Of a stretch of DNA of 25,117 nt, positions 9,955-20,808 are shown in pieces. The notes beneath the pieces were generated by a model, which did no database searches, was not told where the DNA came from, and was given only the letters and a program-made list of their open reading frames with translations. Source of the stretch: Campylobacterota bacterium (GTDB lineage: Bacteria; Campylobacterota; Campylobacteria; Campylobacterales; Sulfurimonadaceae); NCBI GenBank assembly GCA_034661055.1, contig JAYEKO010000008.1:1-25117 (forward strand), written 5' to 3'. Numbering within the stretch: position 1 is the stretch's first letter; each line of letters begins with the position of its first letter. The position numbers and the translations under genes are program-made.

Positions 9955-9976
9955 TTTCGCTCTTAAAAGAGCGAAA
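9955..9976. terminator. Probable bidirectional terminator hairpin
   Basis: Perfect inverted repeat TTTCGCTCTT-aa-AAGAGCGAAA between the convergent stops at 9948 and 9980. Confidence 0.7.
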
Positions 9977-9979
9977 GTG

Positions 9980-10966
9980 TTAAATAGGCAGTACGCGAAT
10001 CTTTTGAGAAAGCTTCTCTTTAAGGGTGTTTTCAATAGCGTAGAGTGTACCTGTTGTTGAGCTGGCACAGCCGTTACAGGCTCCAAGATATCGAATATAA
10101 ACATCAATGTTATCATCAGTAGCCTTAATATCGATTACCTCCATATTTCCGCCATCCATTACTAAAAATTGACGTACACTCTCATCGATTGCCGCATCAA
10201 TTGCTTTAATCTGCTGAACTAGAGTCATCGCTTCAAAATTACCTGTAGCGTTGGCATCTATGGCTGCATCAGCTGCAGCTGCCATCTTCTCTTCATCCAT
10301 CTGTTTGCGTGTGTCTGCAAGAATATCAACAAGGTAGTAATCTTTCTCTTCATGGCCACCTGGCTTAATGCAGCTCTTACAGAAACCACCAGCTTTAGTG
10401 TAGTCCGTGATCTGCTCAACCGTTGTAAGGTCATTAAGGCGAATTACCTCTTGAAGAGTGCCTAGACTTACCCTTGCACATTCACAAACAATAATCTCTG
10501 TCTCAAAACTTTCTGCATCAACACCTTTATAAAGTCCTGCTGCTTTTTTAATAACATCATATGCCATTACTGAACAGTGCATTTTTTGAGGAGGAACCGC
10601 TGGAGTGTCGGGATCATCACGAAGTGCCATTTCAACATCAATATTTGTAATCTTAACTGCTTCATCAACAGTTTTACCCATACATAGTTCTGTCATAACA
10701 TCAGAACTTGCAATGGCAGTACCACAGCCAAAACTCTTAAATTTTGAGTTAACAATTGTGTCAGTCTTAGGATCAATTTCCCAATATAGACGTACCGCAT
10801 CGCCACAACTTTCAGCTCCAAAGTCAGCAACAATAAGTTGATTACCATGAGACTCAGCCTCTTCTTGACTAATCTCACCTTGGTGTTGCGGGTTATTCAT
10901 AAGTGTTGTAACTTTATCTGAATATGCGTCCCATAAAGAGCCGCCTAATAAATTATCTTTTGCCAT
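9980..10966 (-). CDS. nifU: Fe-S cluster scaffold protein NifU
   Basis: IscU-like domain (SCGD, FGCGTAIAS, KMHCS), central CEC...GGFCKSC [2Fe-2S] domain and C-terminal Nfu domain DGGN...GACNGC. Confidence 0.95.
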   Translation of the reverse strand: MAKDNLLGGSLWDAYSDKVTTLMNNPQHQGEISQEEAESHGNQLIVADFGAESCGDAVRLYWEIDPKTDTIVNSKFKSFGCGTAIASSDVMTELCMGKTVDEAVKITNIDVEMALRDDPDTPAVPPQKMHCSVMAYDVIKKAAGLYKGVDAESFETEIIVCECARVSLGTLQEVIRLNDLTTVEQITDYTKAGGFCKSCIKPGGHEEKDYYLVDILADTRKQMDEEKMAAAADAAIDANATGNFEAMTLVQQIKAIDAAIDESVRQFLVMDGGNMEVIDIKATDDNIDVYIRYLGACNGCASSTTGTLYAIENTLKEKLSQKIRVLPI

Positions 10967-10984
10967 TTTAGTGGTCTCCTTTAT

Positions 10985-12211
<1,227 letters not shown>

Positions 12212-12236
12212 CTAAAAATGGCTACTGTTTTAAAGC

Positions 12237-12251
12237 AGACAAATTTTGTCT
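12237..12251. promoter_or_regulatory. Palindromic candidate operator upstream of nifS (GAC-N7-GTC)
   Basis: AGACAAA-T-TTTGTCT lies between a minus-strand TATTAT -10 (12268-12273) and the nifS SD (GAGGA). Confidence 0.5.
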
Positions 12252-12323
12252 TTTTATAAGTAATGACATAATAGTTAATCTGATGTTAGGTTATGCTTAA
12301 AAGATTGGTGTAGTTAAGTTTAT

Positions 12324-13628
12324 TTACCTCATAATATCAATAAGACCATCAGAAGTCTCCTCAAAGTTAAGCTGAAAGGTAGAGCCTTGAGACATAAAAC
12401 GCTCCATTGCTGCTTTCTTATCAATAGCTTCATCCAACTCTTTGTCTGTTCCCTTCGTGTAGGCGCCAATACGAATGAGCATCTCGTTCTCTTTTAAAAG
12501 TGTGTAGAGTTTTCGAAATTTTTTTGCCGCTTCAAAATGTTCGGGGGTAATAATGTCATTCATGACCCGTGACGCTGAGTTTAAGATGTGAATGGGTGGA
12601 TAGATTCCAAAGTCGGTGAGTTCTCTTGAGAGGACAATGTGCCCATCTAAAATAGAACGGGACTGATCAGCAATGGGGTCACTCATGTCATCTCCCTCCA
12701 CCAAAATAGTAAAAAATGCTGTAATAGAGCCTTTACCGTCCTCTTTTCCTGCTCGTTCCATAAGTTGTGGCAATAGTGTTAGAGATGAAGGTGGATAACC
12801 CTTAGATGTTGGAGGTTCTCCTAATGCTAAACCAATTTCACGTTGTGCCATAGCAAAACGGGTAATAGAGTCCATAATGAAAAGAACATCTTTGTTCTGA
12901 TTTTTAAAGTACTCAGCAACACTCATGGCAGAAAACGCACCATATTTACGCATTAACGGAGAGTCATCGCTGGTTGCGACAATAATAACGGTGTTTTCCA
13001 AGTTGCCACCTAGATTTTTCTGAATAAACTCAGGAACCTCACGACCACGCTCACCAATAAGTGCTACTACTTTAACAGGAGCTTGTGAACCGCGTACAAT
13101 CATCCCCATAAGGGTTGATTTGCCTACACCACTTCCTGCAAAAATCCCGAGCTTTTGTCCGTTGCCACACGTTAGAAGACCATCAATGCTTTTAACACCA
13201 ACAGAGAAGACTTTCTCTATCATTCCACGCTTCATCGCTTCAATAGGAGCTTTTAAAATAGGAGCTCGTTTAAAAGAGCTAATTGGCCCTTTGCCGTCAA
13301 TAGGATTCATAAAAGGGTCAACCACACGACCAAGTAGAGCATCTCCAACAGGAATGCTCATGCCTCCCTGATTTAAAAAGACCTTGTCACCAGTTCGAAA
13401 TCCTTCAATAAAACTAAAAGGTGTAATAAAGAACTTTAAACCGTCAAGTTCTGTGACCATACCCATGGTCTGGTCTTGATTAATCTGTGATTCAATGGTA
13501 ACTGTATCACCAATACTTACCTGTAATCCTTGAGCAGTAATGATTGTAGAACTAATTTTGGTTACAGAACCAAACTTAACACAGAGTTCTTGCTTCTTAA
13601 TCCGATCTTTTAGTGCGCGTAGAGGCAT
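12324..13628 (-). CDS. fliI: Flagellar export ATPase FliI
   Basis: GIFAGSGVGKS, LIGERGREV, DSITRFAMAQREIGL and DPIADQSRSILDGH motifs. Adjacent to folE as in other Campylobacterota. Confidence 0.95.
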   Translation of the reverse strand: MPLRALKDRIKKQELCVKFGSVTKISSTIITAQGLQVSIGDTVTIESQINQDQTMGMVTELDGLKFFITPFSFIEGFRTGDKVFLNQGGMSIPVGDALLGRVVDPFMNPIDGKGPISSFKRAPILKAPIEAMKRGMIEKVFSVGVKSIDGLLTCGNGQKLGIFAGSGVGKSTLMGMIVRGSQAPVKVVALIGERGREVPEFIQKNLGGNLENTVIIVATSDDSPLMRKYGAFSAMSVAEYFKNQNKDVLFIMDSITRFAMAQREIGLALGEPPTSKGYPPSSLTLLPQLMERAGKEDGKGSITAFFTILVEGDDMSDPIADQSRSILDGHIVLSRELTDFGIYPPIHILNSASRVMNDIITPEHFEAAKKFRKLYTLLKENEMLIRIGAYTKGTDKELDEAIDKKAAMERFMSQGSTFQLNFEETSDGLIDIMR

Positions 13629-13631
13629 AGT

Positions 13632-14216
13632 CTAGTAACGTGTTCCAGCTGGAGCATTGATGAGGTTAAAAAATTCTGAACGGGTCTTCTCATCTTTTTT
13701 AAAGAGACCACGAAGTGCACTTGATGTTGTGGTAGAATTAATCTTCTCAACCCCGCGCATCTCCATGCACATATGCCGCGCTTGAATAACGACAGCAACA
13801 CCTTTTGGCTTAATAGTCTGCATAATCGCTTCGGCAATCTGTTCGGTGAGTTGCTCTTGAATCTGCATACGGCGAGAGAAAATATCGACAACTCGCGGAA
13901 TTTTAGAGAGTCCTACTACTTTACCATCAGGAATATAGGCAACATGAGCGCGTCCAATTATTGGCAATAGGTGGTGCTCACAGGTTGAGTAGAGTTCAAT
14001 GTCCTTAATTAATACCATCTCATCATTAGAACTGGTAAACAGAGCAGACTCCAACACCTCTTTAGGGTCAAGCTGATAACCACCAAAGATAAATTGGTAC
14101 GCTTTTTCCACACGCTCAGGCGTCTTAACAAGCCCTTCTCTTGTTGGGTCTTCACCAACACTTCGCATCATTGTTTTTACAGCTTCATGGAAAGCTACAT
14201 CGTTTTTTTGATTCAC
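13632..14216 (-). CDS. folE: GTP cyclohydrolase I
   Basis: [31 protein letters not shown] and HMCMEMRG motifs. GTG start with GAGG SD. Confidence 0.96.
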   Translation of the reverse strand: MNQKNDVAFHEAVKTMMRSVGEDPTREGLVKTPERVEKAYQFIFGGYQLDPKEVLESALFTSSNDEMVLIKDIELYSTCEHHLLPIIGRAHVAYIPDGKVVGLSKIPRVVDIFSRRMQIQEQLTEQIAEAIMQTIKPKGVAVVIQARHMCMEMRGVEKINSTTTSSALRGLFKKDEKTRSEFFNLINAPAGTRY

Positions 14217-14274
14217 TTTGAACCTCGAATTTATTTGTTATTGTAAAATGATAGCAGGTGCTAGCTAAAAACAG

Positions 14275-14283
14275 TGATATAAT
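14275..14283 (+). promoter_or_regulatory. Extended -10 promoter (TGnTATAAT) for the cytochrome c-dbpA genes
   Basis: TGATATAAT ends 7 nt before ATG 14291. Confidence 0.6.
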
Positions 14284-14290
14284 TTTGCTT

Positions 14291-14833
14291 ATGAAAGCAA
14301 ATTTAATTATTTTATTGACGATAATAGCTATTGTCATCTCAGGATGTGATAAAAAGCCAGAAGAAAATACACCAGCGTGCAGTGTAGAGTTGAAAAATGA
14401 AAAAATTTTTAGTCCGGCACTTACGTTGAGTGAACTTAATGAGCTTAAGCGTGTTGTTAAGGAGACGGGGACGGCAATGTGTTGTCAAAAATATATTGAG
14501 CATGTCATAGAAAATGGTTCTGATGTACTAAAAATGCCGGCTGGGGTAATGGATGCCGGCTATGCTCAGGGTGAGGATGTGAAAAAAATTGCATCTTATG
14601 TGCTTAGCTTAGGTAATAAAATACCAATTTATCCGGAATATCTGCAGGAGGGTAATATGTTTTACAACGGTAACTGCGGCGGCTGTCATGGTGATGATGG
14701 TAAAGGAATGAATGGTGCCTATCCCGATTTAACACTTCCTGTTTTTAAAGGTGCAAAAATTAGAAAAGAGCGCTATATTAGTAAAATTATGAAGCTTGAA
14801 AAAGAGCTAAAAGAGAGAGATGATGTCAAATAA
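14291..14833 (+). CDS. c-type cytochrome lipoprotein (single CXXCH; resembles the C-terminal part of cbb3 CcoP)
   Basis: MKANLIILLTIIAIVISGC lipobox and NCGGCHGDDGKG...PDLT. ATG 14291 preferred over the GTG at 14258. Confidence 0.8.
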   Translation: MKANLIILLTIIAIVISGCDKKPEENTPACSVELKNEKIFSPALTLSELNELKRVVKETGTAMCCQKYIEHVIENGSDVLKMPAGVMDAGYAQGEDVKKIASYVLSLGNKIPIYPEYLQEGNMFYNGNCGGCHGDDGKGMNGAYPDLTLPVFKGAKIRKERYISKIMKLEKELKERDDVK

Positions 14834-16187
14834 ATTTTCGCAACTACCACTGCAAGAGAAACTACTTAGTAATTTAGAAACCCTTGGTTTTCAAGAGATG
14901 ACACCTATTCAAGCGGAGAGTCTGCCCTTTATTTTAGAGGGACAAGATGTTATTGCTCAGGCAAAAACAGGAAGTGGTAAAACACTTGCTTTTGGTTTAG
15001 GGGTGCTTTCAAATTTACATGTAAAAAAATTTAGAATTCAGTCTCTTATTATCTGTCCGACACGAGAACTTGCTGCTCAAGTGGCAGCAGAACTTCGTCG
15101 TGCGGCACGAGCACTGCATAATGTTAAAATTTTGGAGCTGTGCGGTGGGTCTCCTATGCGAGCGCAGACCCACTCTCTTTTTCATGGGGCACACATTGTT
15201 GTGGGAACTCCGGGACGACTGCAGGCACATATTGACAAAGAGTCATTGAATCTTGAACATGTCAATACTCTGGTTTTAGATGAGGCCGACAGAATGCTAG
15301 ATATGGGCTTTTATGATGATATTGTCTCCATAATTAATGAAGTTCCTAAAAAGCGGCAAACACTGCTTTTTTCAGCGACATTTTCTGATGAGATTAAGAG
15401 TTTGGCAGAGGGAATTTTAAATGAACCCATTAATATACATGTAAAAAGTGAGACTATTCCTACTCAAATAAAACAGGAGTTTTACAGCTGTAGTGATGAA
15501 CTTCGACGTAAGGCACTTTTTTTACTGCTTGGAAATTACCAAAAAGAGCGTGTCATTATTTTTTGTAACACTAAAATTGCCTGTGATGAGATTGCTGATA
15601 AACTTTACGATAGCGGTATTGATGCTCTTGCTATTCACAGTGATTTGGAGCAGTTTGACCGAGATGAGACCTTAACCCTCTTTACTAATGGAAGCTGTAA
15701 TGTCTTGGTGGCTACTGATGTAGCAGCTCGTGGTCTAGACATTGAAGCGGTCGATATGGTGGTGAACTATGAACTGCCGTTTGATATTGAAGTCTATGTG
15801 CATCGTATTGGACGAACAGGACGTGCAGAGAAAGAGGGGCTGGCAGTGAGCTTATGTAGTGGAGATGAAGATATTTTAGATCTCATGGATGAATTTACAT
15901 GTAAAAATCTTGATTTGCTTGACACTAAGGCAGAGTACAAAGTCCACTCTAAGATGAGCACACTTTTCATATCAGGCGGTAAAAAAGATAAGCTCCGTCC
16001 TGGTGACATTGTAGGTGCACTTACTGCAGATAAAAGTATTGCAGGAAATCAGATAGGAAATATTAAAGTATATGACAAATACGCCTATGTTGCCATTCCT
16101 AACGAGATAGCAAAGAAAGCTCTCAATATTTTACAGACAAAAAATATTAAAGGGCGAGAATTTCGAGTACGGAGTATTAAAGTCTAA
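14820..16187 (+). CDS. dbpA: DEAD-box RNA helicase DbpA
   Basis: Q motif, AKTGSGKT, PTRELA, DEAD, SAT and HRIGRTGR. C-terminal DbpA RNA-binding domain GGKKDKLRPGDIVGAL. Confidence 0.93.
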   Translation: MMSNKFSQLPLQEKLLSNLETLGFQEMTPIQAESLPFILEGQDVIAQAKTGSGKTLAFGLGVLSNLHVKKFRIQSLIICPTRELAAQVAAELRRAARALHNVKILELCGGSPMRAQTHSLFHGAHIVVGTPGRLQAHIDKESLNLEHVNTLVLDEADRMLDMGFYDDIVSIINEVPKKRQTLLFSATFSDEIKSLAEGILNEPINIHVKSETIPTQIKQEFYSCSDELRRKALFLLLGNYQKERVIIFCNTKIACDEIADKLYDSGIDALAIHSDLEQFDRDETLTLFTNGSCNVLVATDVAARGLDIEAVDMVVNYELPFDIEVYVHRIGRTGRAEKEGLAVSLCSGDEDILDLMDEFTCKNLDLLDTKAEYKVHSKMSTLFISGGKKDKLRPGDIVGALTADKSIAGNQIGNIKVYDKYAYVAIPNEIAKKALNILQTKNIKGREFRVRSIKV

Positions 16188-16516
16188 TGAAAAAAAGTAT
16201 GGTAATGAAATGGTTGTCTGTGTCTTTATTGGCAGGAGCTTTGTTGCAAGCAAAAGATGTCAGCAGTGATGAGTTAAGTGGTATTTATACAGAAGCCATA
16301 TTATTTGTCTCTGTCTTTGCTGTTATGGGAGTTGTCTCTTTTGTTATATCACGAAAACATGCGAGAAACTATGTTAAAGAGCCAGCATCAGCAAAAGAAG
16401 AAGTTCCTCTTAGCGATGCAGAAAAAAGAGTTATAGAGCTTTCAAAACTAGTTAAAAGTGGGCTGCTTAGAGAGGATGAGTTTGAGATATTAAAGAGAGC
16501 TAAAAAAGCACCTTAG
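16187..16516 (+). CDS. Small membrane protein with SHOCT-like C-terminus
   Basis: Signal-like N-terminus, one TM helix and ELSKLVKSGLLREDEFEILK. TAATG overlap with dbpA. Confidence 0.7.
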   Translation: MKKSMVMKWLSVSLLAGALLQAKDVSSDELSGIYTEAILFVSVFAVMGVVSFVISRKHARNYVKEPASAKEEVPLSDAEKRVIELSKLVKSGLLREDEFEILKRAKKAP

Positions 16517-16611
16517 CACTTTATTAGCAATTTTTTGGTATTATTGCGCAAAATTATATAGCAGTGCTTTTACATGTAAACTGTAGTAAAAGCGTAAAGC
16601 AAAGGAAACAG

Positions 16612-17910
16612 ATGGACATTAAGACAAACAAGATCGATAGTGCAAATGCAGAAATTACAGGAACAATCCTTAATTCAGAAGTTGAGACTCATATTGAGAA
16701 AATCGCTAAACATTTAGCAAAAACAACAAGTGTTGCCGGTTTTAGAAAAGGTAAAGTTCCTGTAAGTGCTGTTAAAAAACAGTATGGTGAAAAGCTTGTT
16801 CAAGATGCTGAGGGTGAAGCACTTCGTGACTTTTTAGGTAAAGGTCTTAATGAGATGAGTATTGCTAACGACTCTCTAATTGGTGAGCCGCAGGTGACCA
16901 AATTTGAAAAAGGCGATGAGAGTATTGCTGTTGAAATTAAAGTTGCTATTCGTCCTGAAGTAGAGCTTGGTGATTATGCTGCTTTAGTTCCAGATTTCAA
17001 AAAACCACGCATTATGAGTAAAGACATTGACGCTCGTATTGAAGACCTTGCTGCTTCAAACGCTGGTGTTGTAGATGTTGAAGAGGATCGTGCTCTTGTT
17101 GATGGAGATACTGCAGTTATTAACTTTGAAGGTTCTGTTGATGGCGTTGTATTTGACGGTGGAACAGCTGAAAACTTCGCATTGGTTCTAGGTTCAGGTC
17201 AATTTATTCCAGGTTTTGAAGAGCAAGTTGTTGGCATGAAAAAAGATGAAGATAAAGTAGTAAAAGTAACATTCCCTGAAAATTACGGGGGAGAAGAGCT
17301 TGCTGGAAAAGATGCTGAGTTTAAAGTAAAAGTAAATGGTATTCAAGTTAAAGCTGAGGTTGTTGTAGATGACGAACTTGCTCAAAAAATGCTACCAGGT
17401 GAAGAGGGTGCAGATCTTAAAATGCTTCAGGAAAAAGTAAAAGAGCAGATTCTTAATGAGAAACTTTCTAAACTTTACCAAGATGAGCTAAAGCCATCAC
17501 TACTAGATGCGCTTGTGACTAATACTGAGCTTTCACTTCCAGCATTTGTTGTAGAGCAAGAGATGGATATGGCGCTTAACAAAAAAGCAGGTGAAATGGA
17601 AGAGGCAGAACTTAATGAGCTTAAAGAAAATGCCCAAAAAGTTCAAGAGCTTCGTGAATCACTACGTGATGATGCAGTGCGTTCAGTTAAAGCAACATTT
17701 ATTGTTGATGCACTAGCTAAGAAAGAAGATATAAAAGTAGAAGAGCAAGAAGTTATGCAGACTATCTACTATGAAGCGATGCAGACAGGTCAAGATCCAC
17801 AAGCTGCTTACAAGCATTACCAAGAATCAGGTTATTTGCCAGCGGTTCAGATGGCAATGGTTGAAGATAAAGTACTTAGTAAGCTACTAAACACTAAAAT
17901 AGAGAAGTAA
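16612..17910 (+). CDS. tig: Trigger factor
   Basis: GFRKGKVP ribosome-binding motif and FKBP domain [15 protein letters not shown] supports ATG 16612 rather than 16564. Confidence 0.96.
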   Translation: MDIKTNKIDSANAEITGTILNSEVETHIEKIAKHLAKTTSVAGFRKGKVPVSAVKKQYGEKLVQDAEGEALRDFLGKGLNEMSIANDSLIGEPQVTKFEKGDESIAVEIKVAIRPEVELGDYAALVPDFKKPRIMSKDIDARIEDLAASNAGVVDVEEDRALVDGDTAVINFEGSVDGVVFDGGTAENFALVLGSGQFIPGFEEQVVGMKKDEDKVVKVTFPENYGGEELAGKDAEFKVKVNGIQVKAEVVVDDELAQKMLPGEEGADLKMLQEKVKEQILNEKLSKLYQDELKPSLLDALVTNTELSLPAFVVEQEMDMALNKKAGEMEEAELNELKENAQKVQELRESLRDDAVRSVKATFIVDALAKKEDIKVEEQEVMQTIYYEAMQTGQDPQAAYKHYQESGYLPAVQMAMVEDKVLSKLLNTKIEK

Positions 17911-17914
17911 ATTT

Positions 17915-18502
17915 ATGAGTTATATCCCGTATGTAGTAGAAAAAACAGGGCGTGGTGAACGCTCTTACGATATCTACTCGCGCCTATTAAAAGACCGAAT
18001 CATCATGTTAAGTGGTGAGGTTAATGATGCAGTAGCCTCTTCAATTGTGGCTCAGATGCTTTTTTTAGAAGCTGAAGACCCAGAAAAAGATATATACTTC
18101 TACATTAATTCACCAGGTGGTGTTGTCACTGCCGGTATGGCAATGTATGATACAATGAACTATATTCGTCCAGATATAGCTACTATCTGTATTGGTCAAG
18201 CGGCATCTATGGGAGCATTCTTGCTAAGTTCAGGTACTAAAGGTAAGCGTTATGCTCTACCTCATGCTCGTATTATGATTCACCAGCCTCTTGGAGGCGC
18301 ACAGGGTCAGGCAACAGATATTGCAATTCAAGCTGAAGAGATTTTGCGTATGAAATCAGAACTCAACAAGATAATTGCATCTAATACAGGACAGACAGTA
18401 AAACGTGTTGAAAAAGATACCGATAGAGACAATTTTATGAGCGCAGCAGAAGCTCTAGAGTACGGTATGATAGATGAAGTGTTAACTAAAAAAGAGAAAT
18501 AG
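17915..18502 (+). CDS. clpP: ATP-dependent Clp protease proteolytic subunit
   Basis: [30 protein letters not shown] and DRDNFM motifs. Confidence 0.97.
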   Translation: MSYIPYVVEKTGRGERSYDIYSRLLKDRIIMLSGEVNDAVASSIVAQMLFLEAEDPEKDIYFYINSPGGVVTAGMAMYDTMNYIRPDIATICIGQAASMGAFLLSSGTKGKRYALPHARIMIHQPLGGAQGQATDIAIQAEEILRMKSELNKIIASNTGQTVKRVEKDTDRDNFMSAAEALEYGMIDEVLTKKEK

Positions 18503-18528
18503 TTTTCACTAAATATAGGTGGTAGATT

Positions 18529-19539
18529 ATGCAAGAGCAAAGAGACACTGGTGTGACAACATCAGAATTGGAAGACCCTACAAGTGATTTAGAAATATTT
18601 TCCAATGAGGTCTTGGCTGCTTTAATCCGAGACAATCTTCCACCAACTCCCAATAATTTCGGCCTCTATTTTGATCGACTTTTAGAAGAGAAAAGCAGCT
18701 CTTTGCGCCGGCAGATTAAAAGCATTTTGGAACTTGAAGAGAATAATGACGAAGAGACAAGTATTGAACTTGAAAAAAGTCTAAAAAAAGGTTTCTCTTC
18801 AATAAAGAATATCCTTCAGGTCTCTGCCACCCTCTATAAAAATATGGCTTTAATGACAAAAGTCTTGGAAAAAACCAAAAGTTCACTCACAGATAATCCA
18901 GAACATAAAAGTGCTATGCTTACCGTCAATGCATTAGAAAATGATATTAATAAGCTAAATGGTATTTTGAAAAAACAGATTACACATATGAAAGATCTCT
19001 ACAGTGAGACCGCAGACATTGTTAAAAATGTTGAAAATGAGACTATATTTGATAATCGTTACGGCATACATAATAAACGTTACTTACTAACTAAACTTAC
19101 GCAAGAGATTAAAATGGTAGTTGAATTTAAGCATAAAAGCTCATTTTTAGCCATTGAACTTGCAGATTCGCTTAAAGCTAAAATGGATAGTGAAAAATCA
19201 CTTTTTCTAGTGACACGGACCATTGCAAAACTCTTAATGAAAACATCGCGTCGAAGTGACATTGTAGCGCATTTTGAAAATGGAATTTTTATGATGATCT
19301 TAAAACATACCGATTTAGAGAGCGCAAAAAAAGCAGCAGATCGTCTTTTTGAGTTAATTGATGCAAGTAACTTTTTCCTTGGAGAGAAAGAGATTCATCT
19401 TAAATCTGCTATTGGTGTAGCAGAAGTGTTACCTGAATTAGAAGCAGAAGAGATATTGGTTCATGCATTAGATGCTATGGCTGAGGCCGGAACGGATGAT
19501 AAAATACCCTACATAGTTTACAGTGAAAAGAGACATTAA
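18529..19539 (+). CDS. GGDEF-fold protein with degenerate active site
   Basis: C-terminal DNRYGIHNKRY...SRRSDIVAHFENGIFMMIL...SAIGVA. The GGDEF position reads ENGIF. N-terminal PPTPNNFGLYF helical region. Confidence 0.75.
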   Translation: MQEQRDTGVTTSELEDPTSDLEIFSNEVLAALIRDNLPPTPNNFGLYFDRLLEEKSSSLRRQIKSILELEENNDEETSIELEKSLKKGFSSIKNILQVSATLYKNMALMTKVLEKTKSSLTDNPEHKSAMLTVNALENDINKLNGILKKQITHMKDLYSETADIVKNVENETIFDNRYGIHNKRYLLTKLTQEIKMVVEFKHKSSFLAIELADSLKAKMDSEKSLFLVTRTIAKLLMKTSRRSDIVAHFENGIFMMILKHTDLESAKKAADRLFELIDASNFFLGEKEIHLKSAIGVAEVLPELEAEEILVHALDAMAEAGTDDKIPYIVYSEKRH

Positions 19540-19542
19540 AAT

Positions 19543-20064
19543 ATGAAATTAGATATAGTAGTCTATCCAGATAAGCGCCTGAAGTTACAGTCTAAAGATG
19601 TGACCGAGTTTGATGATGTGCTACATAAATTTTTAGATGACATGTATGACACAATGGTAAGCTCTAACGGGCTAGGCCTCGCAGCAATTCAAGTTGCAAA
19701 TCCTATTAATGCGCTCATTATTAGCATACCAGACGAGAATGATGAGCAGCTTAGAGGGAATCTGTTAGAGATTATTAACCCAAAAATTACTGCTTCAAGA
19801 GGTTCACAGTTCTACCAAGAAGGGTGCCTTTCAATTCCAGGGTTTTATGAAGATGTGGAGCGGTTTGAGACCATTACCATTGAGTATGTAGATCGTTATG
19901 GAAATGAACATCTGTTAGATGCCAATGAGCTATTAAGCATTGCTGTACAGCATGAGATGGACCACTTACATGGGAAACTCTTCATAGAAAAACTCTCTTA
20001 CTCTCGACGTAAAAAGTTTGAAAAAGAGTATAAAAAGGCTCAAAAAGCCAAAAAAGCCTCGTAG
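19543..20064 (+). CDS. def: Peptide deformylase
   Basis: GLGLAAIQV, EGCLS and QHEMDHLHG motifs. Confidence 0.96.
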   Translation: MKLDIVVYPDKRLKLQSKDVTEFDDVLHKFLDDMYDTMVSSNGLGLAAIQVANPINALIISIPDENDEQLRGNLLEIINPKITASRGSQFYQEGCLSIPGFYEDVERFETITIEYVDRYGNEHLLDANELLSIAVQHEMDHLHGKLFIEKLSYSRRKKFEKEYKKAQKAKKAS

Positions 20065-20076
20065 TATTTTTAAGAG

Positions 20077-20748
20077 ATGAATACTCTTAGCCTGCTGCAA
20101 AAGATTTTAAACTCAAATGAGGGTAAAATTTTTGCACTAGGCGTTTTTTTGCTCCTTCTATATTTTGTTCTTCTTGGTGCTATATTTTTCTATTTTCAAG
20201 AGTATTATAAAACCATTGCTGCTATGAGTGTTAGTAATGTTATCTTTGGAAGAGCTGCTGGTCTTAGTATTGGACTCGCAGCAGGACTCTCTTACGAAGT
20301 AGTTGTTTTCTTTAATTTTTATATTGAGGCGGTAATGGTATTTCTGCTCTATCCTCTCTTTGTTTTGAGCTGGAAGAGGTTTATTGATTTTGGATTTTTA
20401 AAGAGTTGGGTAGAGAGTAGTAAGTCTTATGCGGCTAAATATCATGAGAGTATCCATAAATATGGGATATTTGGCTTACTTCTGTTTGTATGGTTTCCAT
20501 TTTGGATGACTGGTCCCATTGTAGGGTGTGCTATAGGTTACTTAATGGGCCTACGACACTTTATAACGTTAAGTGTTGTTTTAGTAGGAACTTTAGTAGC
20601 AACAGTATGTTGGGCTTTTTTTCTCTCATCACTGCAAGAGTGGGCAAGTAGTTTTAGTGAATATGCCCCTTGGATTATTGTTGCTGTTATAGTAGTGTTA
20701 GTAATATTAACAACACTTTATCGGACTCTATTAACTAAAAAGCCGTAG
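20077..20748 (+). CDS. Small multidrug export family membrane protein (putative)
   Basis: Multiple TM helices and KYGIFGLLLFVWFPFWMTGPIVG motif typical of the Sm_multidrug_ex family. Confidence 0.7.
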   Translation: MNTLSLLQKILNSNEGKIFALGVFLLLLYFVLLGAIFFYFQEYYKTIAAMSVSNVIFGRAAGLSIGLAAGLSYEVVVFFNFYIEAVMVFLLYPLFVLSWKRFIDFGFLKSWVESSKSYAAKYHESIHKYGIFGLLLFVWFPFWMTGPIVGCAIGYLMGLRHFITLSVVLVGTLVATVCWAFFLSSLQEWASSFSEYAPWIIVAVIVVLVILTTLYRTLLTKKP

Positions 20749-20808
20749 CATTATATTGCAAACTGAAAGATTTAATCATAATCGTATTTTAAACAGTATA
20801 ATAATTAA

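Noticed and set aside
16564..16611. N-terminal extension of trigger factor from GTG 16564
   Set aside because: The AAGGA SD and the usual trigger factor N-terminus support ATG 16612.
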